DNA from: an uncultured Fibrobacterota bacterium
Lineage (GTDB): Bacteria; Fibrobacterota; Chitinivibrionia; Chitinivibrionales; FEN-1185
Direction: 5' to 3'
Assembly (NCBI GenBank): GCA_963729895.1
Contig: CAVSQB010000022.1
Coordinates: 96,001 to 160,000, forward strand
Length of the DNA: 64,000 nucleotides
Position numbers and translations under genes: made by a program. The notes beneath the pieces were generated by a model, which searched no databases, was not told the DNA's origin, and was given only the letters and a program-made list of their open reading frames with translations. Positions 37,693-46,423 of the stretch are shown here, piece by piece. How positions within the stretch are numbered: the stretch's first letter is position 1; every line of letters starts with the position of its first letter.

Positions 37693-39153
37693 ATGATACG
37701 CATGAACAACAAGCGCATATTTTCCTGGAAGCCGGACTGGCCGTTTCTTGCCGTGTGCGCGGGCGTGCTGGTTCTCCTGCTGCTTTTCCCCGTGCTGTTC
37801 GGCGGCAAGCGGGAAGACCCGTATTTTTCCTACAAAATAATGTGGCTCAATTACCTCGGTCACCGGTTCAAACTTCCTCTTGAGACTCCCAAGCCGCTGT
37901 TTGCATTCCTGTGCGGGATTGCGGGACAGGCAGCACTGTATCCGATAACGTGTTGCTTTGGCGCAGGCGTGCTGGGCCTGCTCATGAAACTGTCGCAGAA
38001 GCTCGGAAAGCCCGGTTGGGCGGGACTCGTTGCATTTGCGCTCTTCCTGGTCAGCAACAAAATAGTACTTCCGGAGTTCATCCTGGGTGCGTACTGGCCC
38101 CTGCCGTTCCTTTTCTTCACCCTTGCGGCGGTGTACTTTTTTGTCAATACGTGGACGCTCGCAACCGCGATTTCGTTGCTGTGCGCCGGTCTGCTGAGGC
38201 CCGAGGCGTGGTTGTTTCCCCCGATCTTTGCGGCAGTCGCTCTTGCAAAGAGAGACCGGAGCTTTTCCTGGTGGCTGTTTGTTCCCCTGCTTGCGCCGGT
38301 CATCTGGGCGCTTTTTGACGGAAGGATTTCGGGAAGCCTGACCTATTCAATGGACATGACGAAATACTACTGGCAGACCCTGGGGGTCCTTCCGGCGCCT
38401 TTTGGAAAGTTCTGGGAGGCAACCGGCGGGGACCTGGCTGCCAATTTCTACCTGCCGGTACATCTGGCCGGCCTTGCCGGCCTCGGCTACTTTGTGATGA
38501 AGACCCGGCGCGCCGAGCACCTGCTCATGGCGGTCCTTTCCGCCCTGCCCTTCTTATTCTTCTGGCTGCTCTCCCTCCAAAGCCCGGTGATAACACAGGT
38601 GCGGTTCTTTGCCTTTCCAATGCTCGTACTGTGTCTGTATGCGGTGCTTTTTCTTTTCGACCTGTCACCGGGAAAATGGATCGCCCTAGCCTTGTGTTGC
38701 CTTCTTGTGTGCATCGGATTTCGAGAAGACCTAGTCCCGAACACGGTGAGGATGATTCAAGGCGATTGCGCCACTGCCCGCGCAAGGGCAGGAACCCTTG
38801 AAACGGTAAGGAGCATGGAAAAGAAAGCGGCCGTTATTCTTTGCGGGAGATCCGCCGGGTACTTTGCCTATCAACTTGGAGAAACGGCATCGCAGAAGAT
38901 ATTCATGTTCAGAGAGGCCGCCACCAGGCCGGATGTGATGCAGAATGTTTCTACCGGGGTCGCGGTTTACGTGAGCAACGATCTCGCAGGCATGGACAAT
39001 GTGTTCCGTTTTCTTTCAAGACCACACCCGTATTGCGCAAACGGATTCGGCTTTTCTCCCGTGCGCATAGCGAGCGGGGGCAACGGCATTGTATACGACA
39101 TCGAAAGGTTGCCAGACGCGACTTTGCAGCCGTCACTGCCATCGAGGCGCTAG
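37693..39153 (+). CDS. Multi-pass membrane protein, divergent GT-C candidate
   Basis: About 11 TM segments, EDP..TPKP loop after TM1, LLRPEAW motif, soluble C-terminal domain. Confidence 0.55.
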   Translation: MIRMNNKRIFSWKPDWPFLAVCAGVLVLLLLFPVLFGGKREDPYFSYKIMWLNYLGHRFKLPLETPKPLFAFLCGIAGQAALYPITCCFGAGVLGLLMKLSQKLGKPGWAGLVAFALFLVSNKIVLPEFILGAYWPLPFLFFTLAAVYFFVNTWTLATAISLLCAGLLRPEAWLFPPIFAAVALAKRDRSFSWWLFVPLLAPVIWALFDGRISGSLTYSMDMTKYYWQTLGVLPAPFGKFWEATGGDLAANFYLPVHLAGLAGLGYFVMKTRRAEHLLMAVLSALPFLFFWLLSLQSPVITQVRFFAFPMLVLCLYAVLFLFDLSPGKWIALALCCLLVCIGFREDLVPNTVRMIQGDCATARARAGTLETVRSMEKKAAVILCGRSAGYFAYQLGETASQKIFMFREAATRPDVMQNVSTGVAVYVSNDLAGMDNVFRFLSRPHPYCANGFGFSPVRIASGGNGIVYDIERLPDATLQPSLPSRR

Positions 39154-39183
39154 CGCAGATCCAGGTGGGACCGGGCAAAACGG

Positions 39184-40122
39184 CTACGGTTTGCCGCCCG
39201 AGTCTTCAAACAGGTCGAGGAAGCGGTCTTCGTACAGTTCGAAAAGGTTCCATTTGTCAAGTTCCTTCTTGAGCTCCTGGGCCGCAGACCGGTCCAAGGC
39301 GGCCTTTTTGAACAGCTTCTCGATTTTTTCCATGATATAATGCGGGACCTTCTCTTCGTCGATCTGGGACATTTCTTCGTCCTGCTCCTTTTCGGACGGG
39401 AACAGCTGCTTGATGCGCTCTTCAATGGCGGCCATTTGCTGGTCCATCTCGGCAACGCTTGCGGTAAGCTCGGAAACATCGAGATCGAGCGAGAACACCT
39501 TGCCGAAAACTCTGACAATCTCAAGCGACGCCTTTGGGTAGGGCATGTTCGCCGCATACGACGGCATGGTGGCAAGGAGGCACGCGGCGTCTATGCCGCG
39601 CGACGCGGCAACGCCGAGCAGCAGGCCGTTGAGGCCGGCAATGTATCCATCCGGCATGGGCACGACTCCGAAATGCTTGATGGAGTCGAGGTGGCTCGTG
39701 CTCGAGCAGGCGATGAGAACATCGGACGTCGCCTGATAACTCATGGGCTGTGCGAGTGCGGCGGCCGTGAAGACCCGCGATACCTTGTACTGGCGGGCGA
39801 TATCAAGAATGGTCTTGATAATAGTGATGCCGTCTTTGCCGCCGATCTGTGCATTGCTTTCGAAGATGATGACGTCCGGGTTCGTGGTGTAGTGAAACAT
39901 GCTCGAGGGGATCTCCGGCAGCTGGGCTATCCCTTCCTTGACAATAATAGACTCAGGAATGAAAAACGGGCTCATGTCGATTTCCGCAAAAAGCCCTGCT
40001 TTTGTGTGACGTCTGAGATAATCCATGGCAATGAGACCTACATTTCCCATGCCCGGCCATGCCGCGAGCAGCGTCGGAGAAGAAGAGAACGTCACATCGT
40101 GCAATACTTTCATAGCGTACAT
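39184..40122 (-). CDS. PAC2 family (proteasome assembly chaperone-like) protein
   Basis: AWPGMGNVG.IA, G.IAGLNGLLLG, AACLL..MP.Y and PKAS motifs. Start placed at ATG 40122 with a GGGG RBS. Confidence 0.82.
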   Translation of the reverse strand: MYAMKVLHDVTFSSSPTLLAAWPGMGNVGLIAMDYLRRHTKAGLFAEIDMSPFFIPESIIVKEGIAQLPEIPSSMFHYTTNPDVIIFESNAQIGGKDGITIIKTILDIARQYKVSRVFTAAALAQPMSYQATSDVLIACSSTSHLDSIKHFGVVPMPDGYIAGLNGLLLGVAASRGIDAACLLATMPSYAANMPYPKASLEIVRVFGKVFSLDLDVSELTASVAEMDQQMAAIEERIKQLFPSEKEQDEEMSQIDEEKVPHYIMEKIEKLFKKAALDRSAAQELKKELDKWNLFELYEDRFLDLFEDSGGKP

Positions 40123-40399
40123 GTCCCCGTTCGTTCGTGTTGCGAATCCAACCAAATAAAATAATTGAAGAACCCCGCCGCAAGTAGCGGTGATTGTCTG
40201 TGGGCGCCGAAACAGTCGTTTCGTAAACACATGATGCTCCGCCTCAGGTGGTGCCGGATCATGCCGGGCCGCATATTCCGCAGCTGCCGTCACATCTGGG
40301 AGGGCTTTCCGAACACCGGCATCGAAGGGAAGCAGATAAGAAGCAAGCAAAATGCCGGACTCGTGTCGTGAGCGATCAACGGTGTTGTATTTTGCGAAC

Positions 40400-41350
40400 A
40401 TGGATTTTTACGGCAAGAAGCTGTTTCTGGCGCCTCTGGCCGGGATTTCGGACACCGTATTCCGCACCATATGCAAGGAACATGGGGCAGATGTGGTGAT
40501 GTCGGAAATGGTGAGCGCAGAAGGCCTCTACTACAAGTCGAAGGCGACAGGCGCGCTCCTTGCTTTTGAAAACACGGAGCGGCCCATCGGCATTCAGCTT
40601 TTCGGCGCAACGCCGGATCACATGGCCGCCGCTGCGGAACAGGTGGAGAAAACCGCACTGCCCGATTTTATCGACCTCAACGCCGGATGCCCCGTTCCCA
40701 AGGTGGTAAGAAAGAACGGCGGGGCTTCGCTGCTCAAGGACGTACGGCTCTTTGCCGCCCTGGTGGAAGCACTTGTAAAGGCAACGTCCCTGCCGGTGTC
40801 GGTAAAGATCAGGTCTGGCTGGAGTGAACACCACTGGGTGGATGCCGAGTTTGCGCAAGCGGCCCACGCATGCGGGGCGGGCGCACTTATCGTGCATCCA
40901 CGCTCCAAGACCATGGGATTTTCCGGGCATTCCTATTGGGAAAGAATCGCCATCGTAAAGCAAGCCGTGCCGATCCCCGTGATCGGCAACGGCGACATCC
41001 TCTGCGAACAGGATGCAAAGGATATGTTCGAGCAGACCGGATGCGACGGCATCATGATCGGCAGGGGTGCGCTCGGCAACCCGTGGATTTTTTCGCGCAT
41101 CAAGGATTTCCTGGCTTGCAGGCCCGCGCACCTTCCCACCGCCCGGGAGCGGGTGAGTGCGGCCCGCGAGCACGTGAGGAGGTTCAAGGAGCTTTACGGA
41201 GAGAGAAGAACGGTCGCCGACATGAAGAAGCACGCATCATGGTATGTCAAGGGGCTTCCGGAAGCGGCCTCTGTTCGGACAAGTATTTTCGGGGCAACGT
41301 CATCCGGCCAGATACAAGAGGCGCTCGAGCGGGTAGTGTGCGAAAAGTAA
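40400..41350 (+). CDS. dusB: tRNA-dihydrouridine synthase
   Basis: LAPLAGISD, IQLFG, DLNAGCPVPKV, GNGD and MIGRGALGNPW motifs. Confidence 0.92.
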   Translation: MDFYGKKLFLAPLAGISDTVFRTICKEHGADVVMSEMVSAEGLYYKSKATGALLAFENTERPIGIQLFGATPDHMAAAAEQVEKTALPDFIDLNAGCPVPKVVRKNGGASLLKDVRLFAALVEALVKATSLPVSVKIRSGWSEHHWVDAEFAQAAHACGAGALIVHPRSKTMGFSGHSYWERIAIVKQAVPIPVIGNGDILCEQDAKDMFEQTGCDGIMIGRGALGNPWIFSRIKDFLACRPAHLPTARERVSAAREHVRRFKELYGERRTVADMKKHASWYVKGLPEAASVRTSIFGATSSGQIQEALERVVCEK

Positions 41351-41429
41351 CATCATGTATATTTCGACTAAAGAAACCTGTTTCACTTTGTAAAACAAGC
41401 GTGTGCGGCAAAAGACCGGGAGGACCACC

Positions 41430-42185
41430 ATGGAGCACGATCCCCTGCGAGAAGTGTTGAAAGCGGTGGCGGAGCAGTCCGTGTCCATCGAAGATGCCAT
41501 GAATAGGCTGTCGGGACTTCCCTTTGAAGACATGGGATTCGCCCGCGTGGACCACCACCGCGCCCTTCGAAAGGGATACGCGGAAGTGATCTTCTGCCAG
41601 AACAAGACTTCGCACCAGGTGGTTGATATTTCCAAGAACATGATGTCGCATGACGAAACCGTCTTTGGCACGCGTGCGTCAACCGATACGCTGGAGCTCC
41701 TCGAAAAGGAAATTCCGGGCGTCGAGATCAACCGGTCCGGGAGATGTTTCTGGAAAAAGGCGAAGCACTGGAAGAAACGAGACAATGTCAAGGGCCCGAT
41801 CTTGATTGCGTCCGCAGGCACCGCCGACCTTCCGGTGGTGGAAGAGGCCAAATGCACCGTGGAGGTTCTCGGCCATCCCTGTGCCGTCCTCAACGACGTG
41901 GGCGTGGCCGGCATCCACCGGCTCTTTGCGCACAAGAGCGAGCTGCATGATGCGTCGGTCATCATCGTTGTTGCGGGAATGGAGGGCGCGCTGCCGTCGG
42001 TAGTCGCAGGCCTTGTGGCCTGCCCGGTAATTGCGGTGCCCACGAGCGTAGGTTACGGCTCCCATCTTGGAGGGCTGGTGCCGCTGTTTGCAATGCTTAA
42101 TTCCTGTGCGTCGGGGCTAACGGTAGTAAACATCGATAATGGATTTGGCGCAGGGTATGCGGCTGTGTTGATGAATACGAAATAA
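41430..42185 (+). CDS. larB: Nickel-pincer cofactor biosynthesis protein LarB (AIR-carboxylase-like)
   Basis: DHHR..RKG..EVIF, AGTADLPV.EEA, DVGVAGIHRL, AGMEGAL and VVNIDNGFGAG motifs. Confidence 0.93.
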   Translation: MEHDPLREVLKAVAEQSVSIEDAMNRLSGLPFEDMGFARVDHHRALRKGYAEVIFCQNKTSHQVVDISKNMMSHDETVFGTRASTDTLELLEKEIPGVEINRSGRCFWKKAKHWKKRDNVKGPILIASAGTADLPVVEEAKCTVEVLGHPCAVLNDVGVAGIHRLFAHKSELHDASVIIVVAGMEGALPSVVAGLVACPVIAVPTSVGYGSHLGGLVPLFAMLNSCASGLTVVNIDNGFGAGYAAVLMNTK

Positions 42186-42262
42186 GAGGCTTATATCCTG
42201 GACATCCGGCCCCAGGGAACCAGAGCCCGCCGATTCGCAGCACTATGGTTCGCAGGAGCCTG

Positions 42263-43012
42263 TTAGAGTTTTACTTCAAAAATATACTGCCATCTTTTTC
42301 CCGTGATGTAAAATGTCCGCGTCTCGGGGTTATAGGCAATGCCGTTAAGCACATTCTGGTTGCTTGGCGCCGCGTTTTGCGCGACAAGTGATGTGCAATC
42401 GATCACCCGGACGACAACGCCGGTCCTTGGCTGGATCACGAAAATGGAGTCGCTAAACCACACATTGGCATAGATGAGGCCCTTTGCATACTCGAGCTCG
42501 TTGAGCGAACGTAATGGTTTGCCCAAAAAGGTGACCGCAATCTTCCTTTTTATGGCGAACCGCTTATCCCTTGCGTAAAGAGTATCGCTGCCATTGCTCA
42601 TGTAAAACAATGTGGAATCGGCAGTGAGCCCCCAGCCTTCGCCAGAATAGGAAAAAGAGCTCTTCAGTTCAAGCGATGGAAACCTGTAGACGGGCGCTCC
42701 TTGTTCGCGCCAGGAAAGCTGCACGAGAGAGGAGTCCATCCTTGCGCATCCTTCGGCAAAAATATCGGGAACGGGAATGGTCTTTCGGATGCTACCGTCT
42801 TTTGAATCGAGAATGCGCAGGCTCGATTGTCCGTAAAGTCCAGTACTTTCGTATAAGAGCCCCTTGTCATAGAACAGGCCCTGCGTGAAGGCTCCCGTGT
42901 CATGGGAAATGGTGCGAACGACAACAGGGATGGAACGCGGCATGGTTCCCTCCTGGCCGGAAATCGATAAACCAAGGAAGGCGAGCGAAAAGATGACATG
43001 CTGGGTTTTCAT
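42263..43012 (-). CDS. Glutaminyl-peptide cyclotransferase (plant/Xanthomonas type)
   Basis: HD..AFTQGL, YESTGLYGQS, FAEG, EGWGLT, LNELEY, YANVW and VLNGIAY motifs. Confidence 0.92.
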   Translation of the reverse strand: MKTQHVIFSLAFLGLSISGQEGTMPRSIPVVVRTISHDTGAFTQGLFYDKGLLYESTGLYGQSSLRILDSKDGSIRKTIPVPDIFAEGCARMDSSLVQLSWREQGAPVYRFPSLELKSSFSYSGEGWGLTADSTLFYMSNGSDTLYARDKRFAIKRKIAVTFLGKPLRSLNELEYAKGLIYANVWFSDSIFVIQPRTGVVVRVIDCTSLVAQNAAPSNQNVLNGIAYNPETRTFYITGKRWQYIFEVKL

Positions 43013-43116
43013 TAAGCCAGAAAATACTATAAATGGTGCAGATCCAATGACCAAAACATTTTGACAATATGACACTGGCGATATATTTTTATTTCTTATT
43101 TAGTTTCCATGCTTGC

Positions 43117-43192
43117 TGGAGTGTAGCTCAGTCGGCAGAGCAAGTGGCTGTTAACCACTGGGTCGGGGGTTCGAATCCCTCCACTCCAGCCA
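43117..43192 (+). tRNA. tRNA-Asn (GTT)
   Basis: Acceptor stem TGGAGTG/CACTCCA, G73, CCA; anticodon arm AGTGG-CTGTTAA-CCACT; GGTTCGAATCC. Confidence 0.96.
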
Positions 43193-43341
43193 ATTTTACT
43201 ATCTCTGGAATACCACGAAGTACTCCCCAAAGTGCTTAAACTGGGCCTGAAATAGATTTTACCCCTTCAGGCAAATTATTCGACTTCCCCCGAAGACTAC
43301 CGGTTATTACGAAAATGTGAAAACATGCGTGAAAACATCAA

Positions 43342-43523
43342 GGAATGCAGGTTTGAAAAGGTGTCCTAACAACCAGATCTTGACCACCTGATTTTGCCGA
43401 AATAGGGTGACACTCCGATTGTAGGTGTTTCTGTGGTACAGAGGCACAGAAGGAGTGTTATCATGGTTAAGAAGAAGAATAAGAAGGTATTTCCTTCCTC
43501 GCGGAATGCAGGTTTGAAAAGGT
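43342..43523. repeat. 21-bp direct repeat enclosing a 140-bp IS-end-like relic
   Basis: GGAATGCAGGTTTGAAAAGGT at 43342-43362 and 43503-43523. Confidence 0.8.
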
Positions 43524-43528
43524 AAGGA

Positions 43529-44833
43529 CGTGTTGCCTCATAATAAAAGGTAACCGAAGGGTCAGATTCGATGCCTCACAAATGAGGTAACCGTAACAAG
43601 GTTGAAAATGGTTTTGAGTTTTCTTTCGATAGTCTTTTTTAATTGGAATGGATTGAGAGCACGGTGGGTCAGTTCAAGGCTTTGCTTGACTTCTGAAGCT
43701 ATGTAAGGTGATTCAACGATTCTTTGATAGGGAGTTTTCGGTTCTTCATAGGTCTTGCGGTATCGAGATCCTATCCGGATTTTAGATTTGAGTTTCAGCG
43801 ATGGACAGAAGTGGTTTTGATAGAGAGACCACTCGTTGGCATAGAGGTCGTTAATGAGGGGAAGCGTGTCGGGGTTTTCGATCCGATCATAACCAAGCAT
43901 GTGCCTGGCCTGCGCCCAGTTTTTCTGTTCGACATGGGCGTTGTCGTTTTTCTTGTAGGGACGTGACCGGGTGAACTTTACAGGGTCTTGTCGCACGGCG
44001 AAGTAGCGTTCGAGATGATAGTTGAGGAACTCGGACCCGTTATCACAGTCAAAGCCACGCAGGGCAAAAGGTATTCGTCGTTCGATGTCTTTAACCTGCT
44101 CAATGACACCCTGGGAGCCCTTATTCCACACAGCACGGCCTTCGGTCCAAGCAGTATGGATGTCAGTCATGATAAGGCTCCACACAAATTCTCCGGCAAG
44201 GCTGGTGCCGCAATGGGCAACCGTATCCGCCTCCATGAATCCAGGCTGGGTAATATCCCAGTTGTCGGTACGGATGGGGATTTGATTGCGCAGCATGGAG
44301 CCGGGCTTGGTGCCGCACAATCCCTTGCCCATACGCGTACGTAAAGGGCATAGGACGCGGTCAAGCGTGGAGCGGCTGACAGAGAGGAGCCGCGCACGGA
44401 CTTCCTCGGAAAGCAGTTCAAAGGATTGTTCGTAGAATGGCAGCCATACTGGAATGACAACCTTAAGGCGGCGAGAGCACATGAAATCAGAGGCTTTCCA
44501 GATGTACTGTAACGCCTTAATAAAAAGCGGTTCAGCATATAAGGGTCTTCTTCCACGCTTGGCTTTTTGTTTCTGTTTGCGTTTTCCAAGTAGCCGGATA
44601 GCGTACTTGCGATTGTATCGGCAAATCGCACAAAACTCATCGAGAATCTGCTTTTTGCCGGCTCTGTTGGAATGGGCATATCGTTGTCGTATCGCTTCCC
44701 GATATGCTTCTTTTTCTTTGTGCCCCATAGTGGTAACCCCCTTTTTTCTTGGGTTACCTTAATTATGAGGCAACGAATCAATTGGTGCGTGTTTCGATTA
44801 AGCCTTCGGTTACATTTAATTTGAGGCAATGCG
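43529..44833 (-). mobile_element. ISNCY-like insertion sequence with doubled subterminal repeats
   Basis: About 31-bp imperfect IRs (43529-43560; 44803-44833) plus second internal TGCCTCA..GGTAACC copies (43569-43593; 44751-44775). Confidence 0.8.
43562..44728 (-). CDS. Integrase-core (rve) DDE transposase, ISNCY-like
   Basis: ILDEFC...YNRKYAIRLL, EADTVAHCG, DNGSEF and SRPYKKNDNAHVEQKN motifs. Confidence 0.92.
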   Translation of the reverse strand: MGHKEKEAYREAIRQRYAHSNRAGKKQILDEFCAICRYNRKYAIRLLGKRKQKQKAKRGRRPLYAEPLFIKALQYIWKASDFMCSRRLKVVIPVWLPFYEQSFELLSEEVRARLLSVSRSTLDRVLCPLRTRMGKGLCGTKPGSMLRNQIPIRTDNWDITQPGFMEADTVAHCGTSLAGEFVWSLIMTDIHTAWTEGRAVWNKGSQGVIEQVKDIERRIPFALRGFDCDNGSEFLNYHLERYFAVRQDPVKFTRSRPYKKNDNAHVEQKNWAQARHMLGYDRIENPDTLPLINDLYANEWSLYQNHFCPSLKLKSKIRIGSRYRKTYEEPKTPYQRIVESPYIASEVKQSLELTHRALNPFQLKKTIERKLKTIFNLVTVTSFVRHRI

Positions 44834-45080
44834 CTATCTACAATCGTAGATGGATCGTCAGAGGACGCCAAACGCCCTGTCTTCCCGAGGCAGCATTGGC
44901 GGGGAAGGCGTGTGGTGGTCGTCCACGATGAGCGATACATCCGATTCGTGGGTACGACATACTTCTCTTGAGCGAGCGTAAGCCGCGTTAGTTACGGCAT
45001 TGGTTACGGTTTCATCAGATAGTTGAAGCAAAGCGGACCAAATAGCCTTATTATTACAGGGAGGCTAATTTTTGGAGTTC

Positions 45081-45090
45081 TAAGCGCTTA
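45081..45090. promoter_or_regulatory. LacI-operator-like palindrome, cut off from the GH16 gene by IS5
   Basis: Perfect palindrome TAAGCGCTTA, 5 bp before the CTAG target site. Confidence 0.4.
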
Positions 45091-45099
45091 ACAACCTAG

Positions 45100-46411
45100 C
45101 AGGTTGTTGAAATAGTCCTAACAGAAGCGCTCTTGTTGATTTTTTATGAACCTAACTTCAACTTTACATATGTCAGAGAGGTTTTACCTGCCTCGTTCCG
45201 AGGCATTTCCCCGGATTCCCAGGCCATTCTCATGCTGCCCCCACCGTTTGCGGCATCAACTTAACCATGCGTATCAAGTTGTACGCTGCGGCAACCACGT
45301 AGGCAACAGTCTGGTTGATTCGTATTCCTCTTACCCGAGTTTTCCGCAGGCCACCGACGCTCTTGATCCACCCAAATATCTCTTCAACCCGTTTTCGTTT
45401 CCTTTGACTTACGCTGTATCCCTTATGCCGAGTCGTTCTTCCATCCAACCCTTTAAGCGAAGTGTTGGCCTTCTCGGCAATGTGAGGCTTCACGTGCAGG
45501 CGTCGCAGGCTCTTGATAAATTCGGTTGCATGATACCCTTTGTCTGCACCCACCGTCTTCATCCGGCGTTTTCCGCGCCTGCGTTCATGCTTTATCAGCT
45601 CAAGCGCCATATCCCGTTCCGCTGTCCCCGTCGCTGGCGCAATGGCGATATCAACACACAACCCATTTCGGTTTTCCATCAGCACGTGACCGGAATACGC
45701 CAGCTGCGCTCCCGTTCTCTTGTTCTTCCGAGCCAACCGCGCCTCTGGATCGGTCGAACTCTGATGTGTCTCATTGCTTCGCTTCTCATGGTGGAAATCA
45801 ACCGACGGATTACTCCGATCATCGTCAGTCTTGTTCGCCGATTCCGCGTCTTTTCGCTTGAAGCTCTTCATCGATGCCCAGGCTTCAATCAACGTGCCGT
45901 CAACCGTGAAATGCTCATCGGACAACAACTCTTCGGAACGAGCAAGACGCACGATTTCCTGCATCAGCCGGTGCGCAATCTCCTGTTCCATAAGTCGATC
46001 TCGGTTCTTCGAAAACACACTATGATCAAACGATGCCGCATCCAGATCCATGTCAAGAAACCATCGGAACAGAATGTTATAGTCCAGCATCTCGCAAAAC
46101 AACCGGTCCGACCGTATCGAAAACAAAGCCATCAATATCTGTGCTTTCAAAAGCCATTCCGGCGGTATCGAAGGGCGTCCCATCCGGCTGTACATCGCCT
46201 CAAAGTCACGAGAAAGGCGGCGCAGCGCTATGTCCGTAAACTGTTTGACACGACGAAGCGGGTGCGTTGCCGGCACTCGGGAATCCGGAGAAACGAAGCT
46301 GAACATACCGCCTTGGGCTGGCTGGGAACCTCTCATCAATACTCCTTGGTTGGGGTTCCCCTATAATATAAGGATAAATGTTTACAAAAGGGAGACTTTT
46401 TCAACACCCTG
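45100..46411 (-). mobile_element. IS5 family element with CTAG target duplication
   Basis: IRs CAGGTTGTTGAAATAGTC / CAGGGTGTTGAAAAAGTC (16/18); CTAG at 45096-45099 and 46412-46415. Confidence 0.93.
45230..46339 (-). CDS. IS5 family transposase
   Basis: HPLR, GRPSIPPE, VDGTLIEAWAS, GADKGY and RKRVEEIFGWIK motifs. Confidence 0.95.
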   Translation of the reverse strand: MMRGSQPAQGGMFSFVSPDSRVPATHPLRRVKQFTDIALRRLSRDFEAMYSRMGRPSIPPEWLLKAQILMALFSIRSDRLFCEMLDYNILFRWFLDMDLDAASFDHSVFSKNRDRLMEQEIAHRLMQEIVRLARSEELLSDEHFTVDGTLIEAWASMKSFKRKDAESANKTDDDRSNPSVDFHHEKRSNETHQSSTDPEARLARKNKRTGAQLAYSGHVLMENRNGLCVDIAIAPATGTAERDMALELIKHERRRGKRRMKTVGADKGYHATEFIKSLRRLHVKPHIAEKANTSLKGLDGRTTRHKGYSVSQRKRKRVEEIFGWIKSVGGLRKTRVRGIRINQTVAYVVAAAYNLIRMVKLMPQTVGAA

Positions 46412-46423
46412 CTAGGAGAGGCG

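Noticed and set aside
41379..41397. parS-like TGTTTCAC...AAACA
   Set aside because: Spacing and centre do not fit the 16-bp TGTTTCACGTGAAACA palindrome; I found no convincing parS in the window.
43342..43523. CRISPR mini-array (repeat ends in GTTTGAAAAG)
   Set aside because: Only two 21-bp copies, a 140-bp spacer and no cas genes.
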